A stretch of DNA of 49,327 nt. It comes from a virus (lineage: Duplodnaviria > Caudoviricetes). The notes under the pieces are model-generated. The model ran no database searches. It had not been told where the DNA came from and saw nothing but the letters and a program-made list of their open reading frames with translations. Both the position numbers and the translations under genes were made by a program. Shown piece by piece: positions 39,121-48,846 of the stretch (position 1 is its first letter; every line of letters starts with the position of its first letter). Where the stretch lies: positions 1 to 49,327 of the IMG/VR virus record IMGVR_UViG_3300020171_000041, one strand, 5' to 3'.

Positions 39121-39981
39121 TTAATTGTCTAATGACATAATTGCTTGAATGTCATTCTGCATTTTAGATGTTTTAGAAGCACCCTTGCGAGCATTGCTCC
39201 TGTTTTTTGGAAATGCAGGATTAGGCTTACCACCTCGGGACTCACCATCTTTCTGTTTTTCCGCTTTTTTTATGCCTAAATTCTTATAGGATTGTTTTGC
39301 CGCTTCATTTAAGATATCTTGCAAAGAAGCTTTCTTTCCTATTTGTTTATATTCAGTAGCGATTGTTGACGCAATCTCAGCCACATATTTCTTTACTGGG
39401 GCAAGAGCACTGTGATCAGTAAAAAAGTTCTTTCTGATTTCTGAATGAGTCTGATTTGCTGTAACCGATGTGTTCACAATATCAGGAAGGTCTTTCATAG
39501 CAGCTTTGAGAGTTTGCTTCGAGTTATTTTCAAGAGCTTTGGATAAAAAGACCTTCATGAGTTTTGTCTCTTTATCATCCCATGCCATACCTTCTGCAAG
39601 ACTTGTGAAATCTTCAGATTCAAAGATATCGATTTCAGGCTCAGGTTCATCAACAACTTCTTCTTTCTTACCTGCAAGAGAAGTAACCAGGCTGGTTAAA
39701 TTGGATATTTGATCCTGAAGCATTTGAATCGTCTGATTGGGTTTTTTATCATCAGAGGAATCATCGTCCTGATCGTCTTGATTATCCTGACCATCATCGT
39801 CCTGATTATCATCTTGATTGTCGTCTTGTCCATCATCAACACCATCATCATTATCATCGTCAAGATCTGGATCAGGAGTACTCTGACTTCCTCCGCCAGC
39901 TTTAAGAAATTCTGCAAAATTAGGGTCAGCTTCCCCATAAATTAGTCTCATTGATCTTAGGTAAAAATCTTTAGTTTTCAT
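39121..39981 (-). CDS. Scaffolding protein
   Basis: Asp-rich low-complexity N-region, helical body, basic C-terminus; downstream of portal. Confidence 0.75.
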   Translation of the reverse strand: MKTKDFYLRSMRLIYGEADPNFAEFLKAGGGSQSTPDPDLDDDNDDGVDDGQDDNQDDNQDDDGQDNQDDQDDDSSDDKKPNQTIQMLQDQISNLTSLVTSLAGKKEEVVDEPEPEIDIFESEDFTSLAEGMAWDDKETKLMKVFLSKALENNSKQTLKAAMKDLPDIVNTSVTANQTHSEIRKNFFTDHSALAPVKKYVAEIASTIATEYKQIGKKASLQDILNEAAKQSYKNLGIKKAEKQKDGESRGGKPNPAFPKNRSNARKGASKTSKMQNDIQAIMSLDN

Positions 39982-40267
39982 CTTTTACACTCTCCTTTTC
40001 TACATTAATAAAACCATCTCGGATATCTATAAACATATTCTTAACTTCTTCTGCCATTCGGAGGCCACCCCGAAAGACATCATAATCTCTTCCAGTATGG
40101 ATGAGCTTTGGATCGCTTAACATATTGTTCAACATCTCTATTCTCAAATTTATCGCTGTTTGAAAATCGGTGTGTAGGGTACTCTTAATGAATAGGTCAA
40201 AATCTGCAGGAGCAGACACAACCTCAAGAATATCATAATCTTCATCATAAGCTATATAATCTGTCAT
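39971..40267 (-). CDS. Small portal-adjacent protein
   Basis: Gene position; RGG helix motif. Confidence 0.6.
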   Translation of the reverse strand: MTDYIAYDEDYDILEVVSAPADFDLFIKSTLHTDFQTAINLRIEMLNNMLSDPKLIHTGRDYDVFRGGLRMAEEVKNMFIDIRDGFINVEKESVKDEN

Positions 40268-42165
40268 TACTGTGCACTCCTGTTAAATGGAACAAGATTC
40301 CCTGCCTGAACTTCCTTGGCAACATTATCATCTTGTTCAAGTACCGGATTGATGTTTCCTCCACCTCTTAATATGTAATCATCCATGTTCTTTGCACCAG
40401 ATTCTCTCCCCATCGTCTTAAAGATCTTAACCAAATCAAATGTCTGACGAAGTTGTGGATCTTGAGCAATTCTATCAAATGACTGTGCCCAAAACGCTGC
40501 ATTACCACTCCCAGGGATTGATCCATCTCGAACGAGAACATCATAATTTATATCCAATTCTTCCGGAGATATTGCCATACGGCCACGGGAGATTCTATTG
40601 TTCTGAGATGTCGGACCAAACTCTGCAAGAAGCATTTGTTGTTGATATCCAGCAATTTTAATAAATTGTTCTTCAGTAAGCATTTGTTGTGTATGATATC
40701 CGAACAATTCTCCAATATCTTGAAATGCCTGGAGGCCAGCGATCTGAGCTGTCTTTTTCAGTCGAGATACTTGTCCACCAACAGTACCTTGAAACTCTGC
40801 TTTAGTGAGACGATCAGGCCCACTCTGACGTTGCTCACCCATTGAGGCGGGATTAGTTCCCATAAGGGTTTGCATATTTGAGACAATGAAATTCACATCG
40901 TTAATGTTATTCTTAGTTACATCATCAACCCGGAGCTGGTGAACTGCATCAGCAATTCTTCCCTGTCCCCAGGCTTGTCGTTTCATCCGAACAATTCCGC
41001 CAGGCTTTCCATCAGCCATGTCCTTAATGTTAATCATTGATGGATCAACAATAAGAGTATTATTTACTGCCTTTCTTACATTCGCAATATGAGAATTGAA
41101 TTCGAAATCAATTACAGTTTGCAATCCTCCAACTATTTCGAGCTTGGCAATTGGACTTGAACTATAACCATCAAAGTCTGGAACAAGCTTTGCTGTCGGA
41201 AAGGAGTTATGAAGTAAGTCCGCAGGTCGAGCACTTATAATAACAGCATCGGCAGCGACTCGAAATTGCCAAAGTTCAGGATAATTGCTTGGACCGAGAT
41301 CATGTTCAGCCGGGATGAGTTTAACATAACGGTATAGTTCGGTAATGATTCCATCTTGAGAAGTATTCAAAGACTTTGGATTCTTGATATACCTTCCGGA
41401 ATTTTCCTTCCCATAAATACTCGTGCCTCGGAAATTCAGCTTGGATAAATATCTAACATTGAATATTGTGTCTGGATTATTCTGTTCTTCCGATAACAGT
41501 TCCATGTAATTCGTATCAGCAGACCAACCATAAGACTCCCCTTTTTGAAAGTCATGTGCTGCAACATTATGATCTGGAAGCAAACGATATTGATCTATAT
41601 TCATCAAGGCATTTCCAGAAAAACCATTCGGACTGGTGGCCCAGTATGCTCCGACATCGCCAGCTCCATAAGCAAATCCATCTCGGAACATCGTATGGAG
41701 GTTAAGCATAGCTTTGAATTTTCTTACATGAAGACTTATGATCTTAGTCAGAAGTATCCCACCAACAACATCTTCGCCTGAATAACCTTCATAGGTGAAT
41801 ATAGGATCTTGAAAGAATGCTGCAATCATATAAGCAAGCTGAGTTTCGAGAATCGCATATGAGTATGGGAAGACAATTGAAATTGGCCTCCGATCATCTT
41901 CATCGGTAACTTTCTTTTCATCCTTGTCAGGACGTTTATAAGCGATTAATGATTGGTCCATTTTATTCCAGTCAGAAAACCGCTGGGATTGAATGGAAGC
42001 AGAATAAGAAGATTGTTCGAGAATATAGGACAACAACTTCTTGTGTTGTTCAGACCCAGGCTTAAGATTCAAACCTTTTGGATAGTTATAAGATATGTCT
42101 TTATCCCAAGTTAGACTCTTAACATCTTCTCTTTCTTGAACTGCTCCATAAATATTAATAGGCAT
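40267..42165 (-). CDS. Portal protein
   Basis: 632 aa after TerL; LQ..I..N..IAN, PGGIVR, TKAEF. Confidence 0.85.
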   Translation of the reverse strand: MPINIYGAVQEREDVKSLTWDKDISYNYPKGLNLKPGSEQHKKLLSYILEQSSYSASIQSQRFSDWNKMDQSLIAYKRPDKDEKKVTDEDDRRPISIVFPYSYAILETQLAYMIAAFFQDPIFTYEGYSGEDVVGGILLTKIISLHVRKFKAMLNLHTMFRDGFAYGAGDVGAYWATSPNGFSGNALMNIDQYRLLPDHNVAAHDFQKGESYGWSADTNYMELLSEEQNNPDTIFNVRYLSKLNFRGTSIYGKENSGRYIKNPKSLNTSQDGIITELYRYVKLIPAEHDLGPSNYPELWQFRVAADAVIISARPADLLHNSFPTAKLVPDFDGYSSSPIAKLEIVGGLQTVIDFEFNSHIANVRKAVNNTLIVDPSMINIKDMADGKPGGIVRMKRQAWGQGRIADAVHQLRVDDVTKNNINDVNFIVSNMQTLMGTNPASMGEQRQSGPDRLTKAEFQGTVGGQVSRLKKTAQIAGLQAFQDIGELFGYHTQQMLTEEQFIKIAGYQQQMLLAEFGPTSQNNRISRGRMAISPEELDINYDVLVRDGSIPGSGNAAFWAQSFDRIAQDPQLRQTFDLVKIFKTMGRESGAKNMDDYILRGGGNINPVLEQDDNVAKEVQAGNLVPFNRSAQ

Positions 42166-42178
42166 TTGTAATTCCTCT

Positions 42179-43792
42179 TTAGACTAATTGATAATTATTA
42201 CCAATCACATTCTCAATATCTTCATCAAGATCTTCGATTAGATCAAAAAATTCATCCTCACCATCTTCATCATCTTCACCTTCAAAGTATAAATAATTAT
42301 TATCAACTAACCAAGTAATGTATGATTCTGCATCAATTAAATCCTTAAGCTTGGACTTAGGATGCCACTTCAACTGGTTTTCTAATGCCGAGCAATTAGT
42401 TTGATTATGGTAGATGTAGCCTTGTTTGTATTGCGGTGCAAGAGCATTTGATATTCTAACATCCTTATCACCTTTAGCATTAAGTTCTATGAAGATCGGG
42501 AAGATGCTTCGAATCTTCATCTGTTGTTTTATCGGTTGGGATATGTATTCATTCAAACCAGTTACTTCAACAGCGAGGAACCGAGCACGATAGGTTAGGA
42601 CACACCTAAAGAGTTCATCATAAAATTGATCAGGACGTACCTTACCAGACCAGGGTTCTCGAATAAAGATTTTGTGTGATTTCCGATGAACCGAACAAAC
42701 AACTATGGCGGATTCAGCAGAGTGCATTTTCACTGTCTTTGCAGGATCACCAATAACAACAGTTATGAGTTCATTAATTGGGATACGTTCCACCTGTTCT
42801 AAATTCCTCCCCTGCGTGTTCATGTGGTGAACAACCTCGACTGAATTGCGTACCAAGAGATAACTTCCACGCTCTTCATAATATCTCCAAAATTCTTCTT
42901 TAAAAACTGCGTCTTTAATAGATATAGGAATGTTCATATATTCCATATAGAACAAATCAGTCTTATCTGGTCTTCCATCTATTCCACGATGATTCTCATA
43001 TTCTTGTTTAATCTCCTCTGTTGTCATGTAATTTGGATCAAAGGTATTAAAGTTTTCATCACAGATGGCAAGAACTTTATCAGGGGTGTTTACCTTCAGC
43101 CAATCAGGAGAATCAATAAGGTTTTGTAGCAACGAGTCTTGATGTTTCACAGTATCGATGTAAATGAATTCTGCTCGTTCACCAAACTTAGACTCTGACT
43201 TCATCAAATCTGAGAAGAACCAATCGGATAATTTTTGTCTCTGGTCAGGTGAACGAACTCCTTCAGTTGTTTCAAGATCGTCTATGATGAATAATCCAGG
43301 CCGATGACCCATCCAGTTCTTACCACGAACTTGCTGACCTGAGCCACGGGGCAGAACATATACATCTCCATAAGCTACCCAAGATTGCTTCGAGAATCCT
43401 TCTTTAAAGCCTTTTTCAGAAAAAGTAACCTTCCCAAACAACTTAATAATAAGTTCATTCTCAAGAAGCATACGTTTAATATGTTCTGTTTGCTCAACAG
43501 CACTTGTTTCCGAATTGGACAGATAAACTATAAAATTCGTTTCCCGAAACACAATAGCTTTAACTGTCCGGATCTTTGCAATCGTCGTCTTGCCAAGCCC
43601 ACGTGGAGCAACAGGAGCTTTCTTCTTCGCTTTCGGATGATCGATAACTTCAAACATCTTATCATGAAGAGAGTTAAATGCGCTTGTTACTTCATCAGGA
43701 AAGAATGTCTTAGCGAATAGCTTCGTAGACTTCATGCACCTAAGCAACAAGTCTTGAATTTCTGGAGGATGTTGATCGAAAAATGAAGCCAT
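42179..43792 (-). CDS. terL: Terminase large subunit
   Basis: APRGLGKTT, RG..RP..IIDDLE, EYMN.P, DPA, DLIDA. Confidence 0.92.
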   Translation of the reverse strand: MASFFDQHPPEIQDLLLRCMKSTKLFAKTFFPDEVTSAFNSLHDKMFEVIDHPKAKKKAPVAPRGLGKTTIAKIRTVKAIVFRETNFIVYLSNSETSAVEQTEHIKRMLLENELIIKLFGKVTFSEKGFKEGFSKQSWVAYGDVYVLPRGSGQQVRGKNWMGHRPGLFIIDDLETTEGVRSPDQRQKLSDWFFSDLMKSESKFGERAEFIYIDTVKHQDSLLQNLIDSPDWLKVNTPDKVLAICDENFNTFDPNYMTTEEIKQEYENHRGIDGRPDKTDLFYMEYMNIPISIKDAVFKEEFWRYYEERGSYLLVRNSVEVVHHMNTQGRNLEQVERIPINELITVVIGDPAKTVKMHSAESAIVVCSVHRKSHKIFIREPWSGKVRPDQFYDELFRCVLTYRARFLAVEVTGLNEYISQPIKQQMKIRSIFPIFIELNAKGDKDVRISNALAPQYKQGYIYHNQTNCSALENQLKWHPKSKLKDLIDAESYITWLVDNNYLYFEGEDDEDGEDEFFDLIEDLDEDIENVIGNNYQLV

Positions 43793-43805
43793 TTACTTTC
43801 CTGTT

Positions 43806-43931
43806 TTATTTGAGTAATGAACTAATCTGTGGCCAATACAAGCCAATAAGAAAACCTATCCCGAGTAAATATGCCGTATAGATTCCAATCCATGATGAGG
43901 TAATTTTATCTTGCCATCTACGATTTTTCAT
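43806..43931 (-). CDS. Small single-TM protein (41 aa, not in ORF track)
   Basis: MKNRRWQDKITSSWIGIYTAYLLGIGFLIGLYWPQISSLLK; ATGA overlap. Confidence 0.55.
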   Translation of the reverse strand: MKNRRWQDKITSSWIGIYTAYLLGIGFLIGLYWPQISSLLK

Positions 43932-44308
43932 TCGAAACCGTACCATTTAGAAGAGTCAATCTTATCTCGCATAATCGGGTTTCCATCCTCATCAACACCG
44001 TCTTGATATTGACCAGCAAGTTCCGGGTACAGAGCAATGATATCTGATTCTTTATCGCCAATGTAATACCACTCCAGAGCCATCTCTTGCACAGCATCAA
44101 GCGTAAATGGATCATCAATACCCTTTGTTTCTTTGATGTAATTACAAGTTTCAGTTCCGATAAGCATATCAAGTATAACCACATCGCCTACCTGGGCAAT
44201 TTTCGTTGCATTCGTGAACCATTCTAAATGGGGGGCAAGATAAACCTTTTTCTGTTCATCGTCGTAATCAGTCACAGGGCATCTAAGATATCGGACTTGG
44301 CTTATCAT
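43928..44308 (-). CDS. Hypothetical acidic protein
   Basis: AGGAGG RBS; ATGA coupling. Confidence 0.65.
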   Translation of the reverse strand: MISQVRYLRCPVTDYDDEQKKVYLAPHLEWFTNATKIAQVGDVVILDMLIGTETCNYIKETKGIDDPFTLDAVQEMALEWYYIGDKESDIIALYPELAGQYQDGVDEDGNPIMRDKIDSSKWYGFE

Positions 44309-45969
44309 GTTGCCTCCTTGAAAACACCCGAGAATGGTTTGATTGTGATTTTCTCACCTACTGCGATCAATGCGGTGCTGGCTGAATCACCAAGAGTTAC
44401 TTTGGTGGTATCGGTTTCGAGCATTGTTCCGGTAAAATCTGCCTGGGCAGATATTGTCTCTGTACCAGCGATTGTGGCAGATAATTGCATTGCGTCTGTA
44501 TACCAAGCCGCCCATATTGGATAGGGGGTTGCTATTGACGGGGTAAATGGTACGCTTATTGTGTTCGTCCCATCAGTCAATATAAGCAGATTGTTTGTAC
44601 CATCAAATGAAATCCAAGCGATACCAGAGAACTGAAACAACTTGTGGATGCCTGTGGGAACGTAGGAGGGGAAGGTTACTTCTGTTTGGATTTGACCTTT
44701 GGCTGGGGAGATAGGGATATACTCTATATCCGCTATGTAAAATTCAGACCCCACATCTGATGCATAAAATCTAAAAATAGTATCTCCACTTGTCCACCGA
44801 TAAGCATACTCTGCCCATGCAGCATTAACGAAATTGATCCCAGCAACTTTATTGTTAGATTTTCCAAGATATACTCCACCAGATACGACCTTAATCTTAA
44901 ATCTGACAGCTCCATATAATCCCGATGCTATCCCTTGCTGATTGTATCCTTGATCAGAATTTCCTATAATATGGGCGGCATTTGTTACACCTTCGTGGTC
45001 AATAACCTCTGCTGTGGAGGGGGGGCCTGCTGCAATCCAACCCGTAAAATCACCTGTAGAAAAATCACCATTAGTCAATACCTCAACCCCATCAGCCACC
45101 CCATCCAACGCATCCAGCATCTTATCGGAGATAGTCTGAGATTCGGTCCCGGCTCTTGTGGCTGTGGTTACTGGGGCCCCTGCTGCTGGGATATAAAGGT
45201 CTGATAGGATTGCCTGGTGTTGAGATACTGCTGCTCCGAGGACTTTTATGGTTTGGTTGGTAGACGAGTTTGGGCCTATATGTAGTTTTAAAGTATTATT
45301 TAAACTATTAAAAAGTACAGATCCTGTTAGAATTCTATGCCCCTTAACTGCATCATATGTATCTGATAATATTGTCAAAGTTCCAGAATTGTTTACATTA
45401 ACTATGGCAGACCCTATATCTCCTCGATACAAACAGTCAAGACCACTCGTTAAGTCATTTGCCTTTAAGCGAATCTTTCCAGATGTTCCCGCGTTATAAT
45501 ACACAGCAAAATATAATATACCGCTTGGCTGCCCAGAGGTTAAAGAACTCCAAAATATAACATCGTCTCCCACGTCTCCCGCGTCAATTATATTATATTC
45601 AGTGTATGGTCCGAATACTCCCCCTGTCGCAGTCCGTGTTGCCCCACTAAAAAGCACCCACTCCCCAGGATCATTAGGATACAAGCACTTCTGGGGAACA
45701 GCGCCAACAGAAGTAAACCCATGCTGCGTAACCCAAGGCACAGTCGCTGCCGTTGTGACCAAACCCCCGGATTCGTTTATGTGGGAGATTGGTCCGGCTG
45801 ATGTGTCGACCATTAAGTTTCTGGAGATCAAATCCATTTGAGTAGAACTGCCTTCTGTGGCCTTAAGAAGCATGGCAAGATCAGAAGCAAAAGAAGAAAG
45901 AAATAATCCTCCTGTCCATACATTTTCTTCCCACAGTCCTTGAACGAATAAATCAGTTTGAATAGTCAT
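44305..45969 (-). CDS. Beta-rich virion-associated protein with carbohydrate-binding-like modules
   Basis: EVLTNGDFSTGDFTGW CBM-like start; N-terminal Trp repeat. Confidence 0.6.
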   Translation of the reverse strand: MTIQTDLFVQGLWEENVWTGGLFLSSFASDLAMLLKATEGSSTQMDLISRNLMVDTSAGPISHINESGGLVTTAATVPWVTQHGFTSVGAVPQKCLYPNDPGEWVLFSGATRTATGGVFGPYTEYNIIDAGDVGDDVIFWSSLTSGQPSGILYFAVYYNAGTSGKIRLKANDLTSGLDCLYRGDIGSAIVNVNNSGTLTILSDTYDAVKGHRILTGSVLFNSLNNTLKLHIGPNSSTNQTIKVLGAAVSQHQAILSDLYIPAAGAPVTTATRAGTESQTISDKMLDALDGVADGVEVLTNGDFSTGDFTGWIAAGPPSTAEVIDHEGVTNAAHIIGNSDQGYNQQGIASGLYGAVRFKIKVVSGGVYLGKSNNKVAGINFVNAAWAEYAYRWTSGDTIFRFYASDVGSEFYIADIEYIPISPAKGQIQTEVTFPSYVPTGIHKLFQFSGIAWISFDGTNNLLILTDGTNTISVPFTPSIATPYPIWAAWYTDAMQLSATIAGTETISAQADFTGTMLETDTTKVTLGDSASTALIAVGEKITIKPFSGVFKEAT

Positions 45970-45976
45970 AATACAC

Positions 45977-46309
45977 CTATATAACTACTTCAATTGAGAC
46001 TTCTCCAGAGACAGACACTCCACGAATTCCGGTAATTGGCCCAGAAGCAACATCAGTATATGTTCCTGTAGTTGTTGAATTAAACCAGTCTTGCCATACG
46101 GCTGTGCCGGCAACGATCTTTGAGTTTGAGCTTGTAGAGAATTGAAACTTTCCAGTATTGGCTCCAGCAATTATTGTGCAAGTGATCTTCTTAACTTGTG
46201 GACTGGCAGGGATAATTACATCAGCACCAGTTAGGCCATTTCCAATTGTTTCTTCATAATGCCAAGCTGTTTGCTTCGAATTACGTTTATCCATTCTTGC
46301 AAGGGTCAT
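45977..46309 (-). CDS. Small beta-sandwich virion protein
   Basis: WQDW..P.TGIR pattern; AAGGAG RBS. Confidence 0.6.
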   Translation of the reverse strand: MTLARMDKRNSKQTAWHYEETIGNGLTGADVIIPASPQVKKITCTIIAGANTGKFQFSTSSNSKIVAGTAVWQDWFNSTTTGTYTDVASGPITGIRGVSVSGEVSIEVVI

Positions 46310-46310
46310 T

Positions 46311-46562
46311 TTATAACTCCTTCTTTGTTACTAATGTATCAAGTTTATTTTCAATTCGCTCTAAGTAATAACGGTTTATTTGCAGATCGTTTAAATATCG
46401 TTCTAATCTAACATACTCTTTTGGGAGATAGGACATGTCTTGATTTAGTTTAACGTCTAATTTCTCTATCTTATTTGTATTCCATGCGGTGATTATACTG
46501 ATGTAAAAGGATAAGCCAATTATTCCAAAAATAAGAACCTTTGCAGGGAGATTAGAAAACAT
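46311..46562 (-). CDS. Membrane-anchored coiled-coil protein, holin/lysis candidate
   Basis: N-terminal TM; LERIENKLDTL. Confidence 0.6.
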   Translation of the reverse strand: MFSNLPAKVLIFGIIGLSFYISIITAWNTNKIEKLDVKLNQDMSYLPKEYVRLERYLNDLQINRYYLERIENKLDTLVTKKEL

Positions 46563-46572
46563 AAAACACTCC

Positions 46573-47034
46573 TTAGTTTACGGTTATGGCGTCAAGATAA
46601 GATGTATCAACTTGCTGGGCACGATTCTTTAATTCAAGAAGGTCAGCGGCAGTTATTACTGAATGGTGATGGAATGATTTTTCTGGAGGTTTATACCCTG
46701 TACGATCAAGTATGGAATTAGATGCGTTGAGTTGCACGGAGGGGTTAATATGAGCATTTCGTTTTGGATCAAGCATAAGAGCCTGAACTTCTATCGCCGG
46801 AAGAATAAGTTCTGCCATTCGTTTCCGAACATCTATTACCTGCTCATCTGCACGATCTTGCAAGCCATTGATATATCCCTGCATTAATGGGTTGTTTAGT
46901 AATGTACTTACTGTTGCGGGGGATAGGTCAACTCTTTCGGCGATCTCGTTTGTGCCAAGTCCTTGGAACTTAAGCCTCCCTATTTCCCTGTGGTGAGTTT
47001 TTAATGTTTGTAAGGGTTTCATAAGCTGATCCAT
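46573..47034 (-). CDS. Putative terminase small subunit
   Basis: N-terminal HTH; AS.SILDRTG motif; first gene of late arm; start 47034 or 47022. Confidence 0.7.
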   Translation of the reverse strand: MDQLMKPLQTLKTHHREIGRLKFQGLGTNEIAERVDLSPATVSTLLNNPLMQGYINGLQDRADEQVIDVRKRMAELILPAIEVQALMLDPKRNAHINPSVQLNASNSILDRTGYKPPEKSFHHHSVITAADLLELKNRAQQVDTSYLDAITVN

Positions 47035-47061
47035 AATAAAATTTGTGGGGATTATATAAGA

Positions 47062-47091
47062 AGGATAGCATGGAAGATATTGAAATGTCAA
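47062..47091 (-). promoter_or_regulatory. Putative sigma70 promoter of late arm
   Basis: TTGACA-18bp-TATCCT with TG extension. Confidence 0.55.
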
Positions 47092-47130
47092 GGATTATTT
47101 TGTGTTTTTTAAAATTATTTTGTTGCTTTT

Positions 47131-47147
47131 TGTTCACTTTCTGAACA
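47131..47147. repeat. One copy of dispersed palindrome YGTTCA-N5-TGAACR (11 copies found)
   Basis: Copies start at 129, 3377, 9011, 13643, 20935, 25636, 36009, 42817, 47131, 49018, 49150. Confidence 0.9.
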
Positions 47148-47515
47148 GTCATATATTTTAATTTGCCCATAAGAACATGATAATACTGCTTGGAGCTTTT
47201 CGACCTGAGGCTTTATATAATAATATTCCCCTTTATAATATAACCCAGATGATGATTCTTATGATGGCTTCGTCGGAGCTTTTGATTATTTAATTTATGA
47301 AAGTATAATTTCTGATTTATGATTTGTAATGGAGCTTTTAAGTAAATTTTCTAAATGCATTCGTTATTACCCCCTATGTACGCGAATCTATTCCATCCCC
47401 CTTTTGTCTTTTGATTATATATATCGTGGGAGGTTTTGATTGATTCATATGGATAGGTGGATAAGGATGAGGATGAAGGATTATATGGATAAAAGAACAA
47501 GTATTGTTATCACCC

Positions 47516-47531
47516 TGGCACGCTTCTTGCT
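47516..47531 (+). promoter_or_regulatory. sigma54 (-24/-12) promoter motif
   Basis: TGGCACG-CTTC-TTGCT. Confidence 0.7.
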
Positions 47532-47848
47532 ATCCTTATATATACCCGTGGGATGGGGTGATTTGTCGATATTTTCCCTGAGTTCATAATTATAAACCAA
47601 TGATTGGTAATGATTTCAGATAGTTACTTAATAGTTGACATAATAAGTTCATTATTTTGAATCGGCTAAGTTGTTGAAATTGTTAAAGAAAGCCAATTAG
47701 TTTACATAACGGGTTTATTAATTTGAACTATTTTGGATGATTTATGGGGGGATTTGTTTTCCTGAAATATTCTCAGAATATCCCGATATTTATTTTTTCC
47801 ATTAATATTTGTAATAATTCCGGTTAGTTAGATTATTACGGTAATATG

Positions 47849-47864
47849 TGGCACGTGGATTGCA
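47849..47864 (+). promoter_or_regulatory. sigma54 (-24/-12) promoter motif
   Basis: TGGCACG-TGGA-TTGCA. Confidence 0.75.
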
Positions 47865-48201
47865 ATACCTTTATTCATACAAGAACGGAAGAAACGTACA
47901 AGAAGATTAAACCTTTAAAATTTTTCAAGATTTAAAATTTTATTTCGATCTTTTACATTCATAGGGATTTATCAAAAACTCAAAAACCGCCAGTAAGATT
48001 TCACAGGTTACACACGTAAGACTCGGGCCGTTAATTTTGAGGGATAATATTCCAAGAGGGGGTTAGGAAAACAGATAAAGGGATATGGCCCCCGGCAGGC
48101 GAAGCCTGCAAATCATCTTTATAATCAGGTTATTGATCCGTCCGGCAAAGCCGGTTTTGATAAGCAAATTATTTATATAAATCAAAAGGGAGAAAATAAC
48201 C

Positions 48202-48738
48202 ATGAGTAAATCTATTTTCACAACATTGGAAGAGGGATCGTTTGAGGTTGTTCATATCGGGAATGAAGTTATACTTGATTTACCGGTCTGGATGGAAGGT
48301 CTGGGAGAGGTTTTCACGGATGAAGAGAAGATGCTGGAATGGGCAAGAAAGAATGAGATTCTTTTGCCTATGTTACAGACAGCGATTCAAGCGGTGCTGA
48401 TATCATTAAGAGCGGTAGCTCGTCCGGGGGTTAAGACTTACAAGAATGTGAATGACTTCAATCAGGCGATAAAGCTATTGGGAGATGATGCTCCATATTA
48501 TGACAAGGATAGCAAAAAGCTCACCATCAGTAAGAATATCATCGCTGATAGTGTTGATGCTCAAGACCGAGTGAATGATTTTGTTTGGAAGGAATTGAAG
48601 AAGCCCGGAGAGAAGAAGGCTATCAGTGAGGATCAGGCACTTGAAGCATTGGCAAAAAGCGGAAAGAGTGATGAAGAATTATTAGAAATGCTGATGAAGA
48701 AAATTGCAGAGAAGAAATCAGCAGAAGCAGGGCAATAG
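48202..48738 (+). CDS. Hypothetical protein downstream of the sigma54 motifs
   Basis: GGGAG RBS; charged helical C-terminus. Confidence 0.8.
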   Translation: MSKSIFTTLEEGSFEVVHIGNEVILDLPVWMEGLGEVFTDEEKMLEWARKNEILLPMLQTAIQAVLISLRAVARPGVKTYKNVNDFNQAIKLLGDDAPYYDKDSKKLTISKNIIADSVDAQDRVNDFVWKELKKPGEKKAISEDQALEALAKSGKSDEELLEMLMKKIAEKKSAEAGQ

Positions 48739-48846
48739 GATAGGTAGTGAAGTAGTGATGTTGTTGTAAGAGAAATGGATTGATAACCTGATTATGGGGA
48801 TGATTTAAACAAGGTTTAATGATATAAATTTAAAGGAGAGATTAAT

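Noticed and set aside
39770-39860. Tandem-like repeats in the scaffold gene
   Set aside because: Low-complexity Asp/Asn/Gln coding typical of scaffolds, not an array
21455-45841. Many + strand ORFs within the late arm, and - strand ORFs within the early arm
   Set aside because: Shadow frames of well-supported genes with no recognisable motifs
47035-47091. TTG start of TerS at 47091 from the ORF track
   Set aside because: That TTG is the TTGACA -35 box; ATG 47034 or 47022 is more plausible
47192-47339. Three GGAGCTTTT direct repeats
   Set aside because: Short, irregularly spaced and in AT-rich DNA; too weak to call iterons or CRISPR
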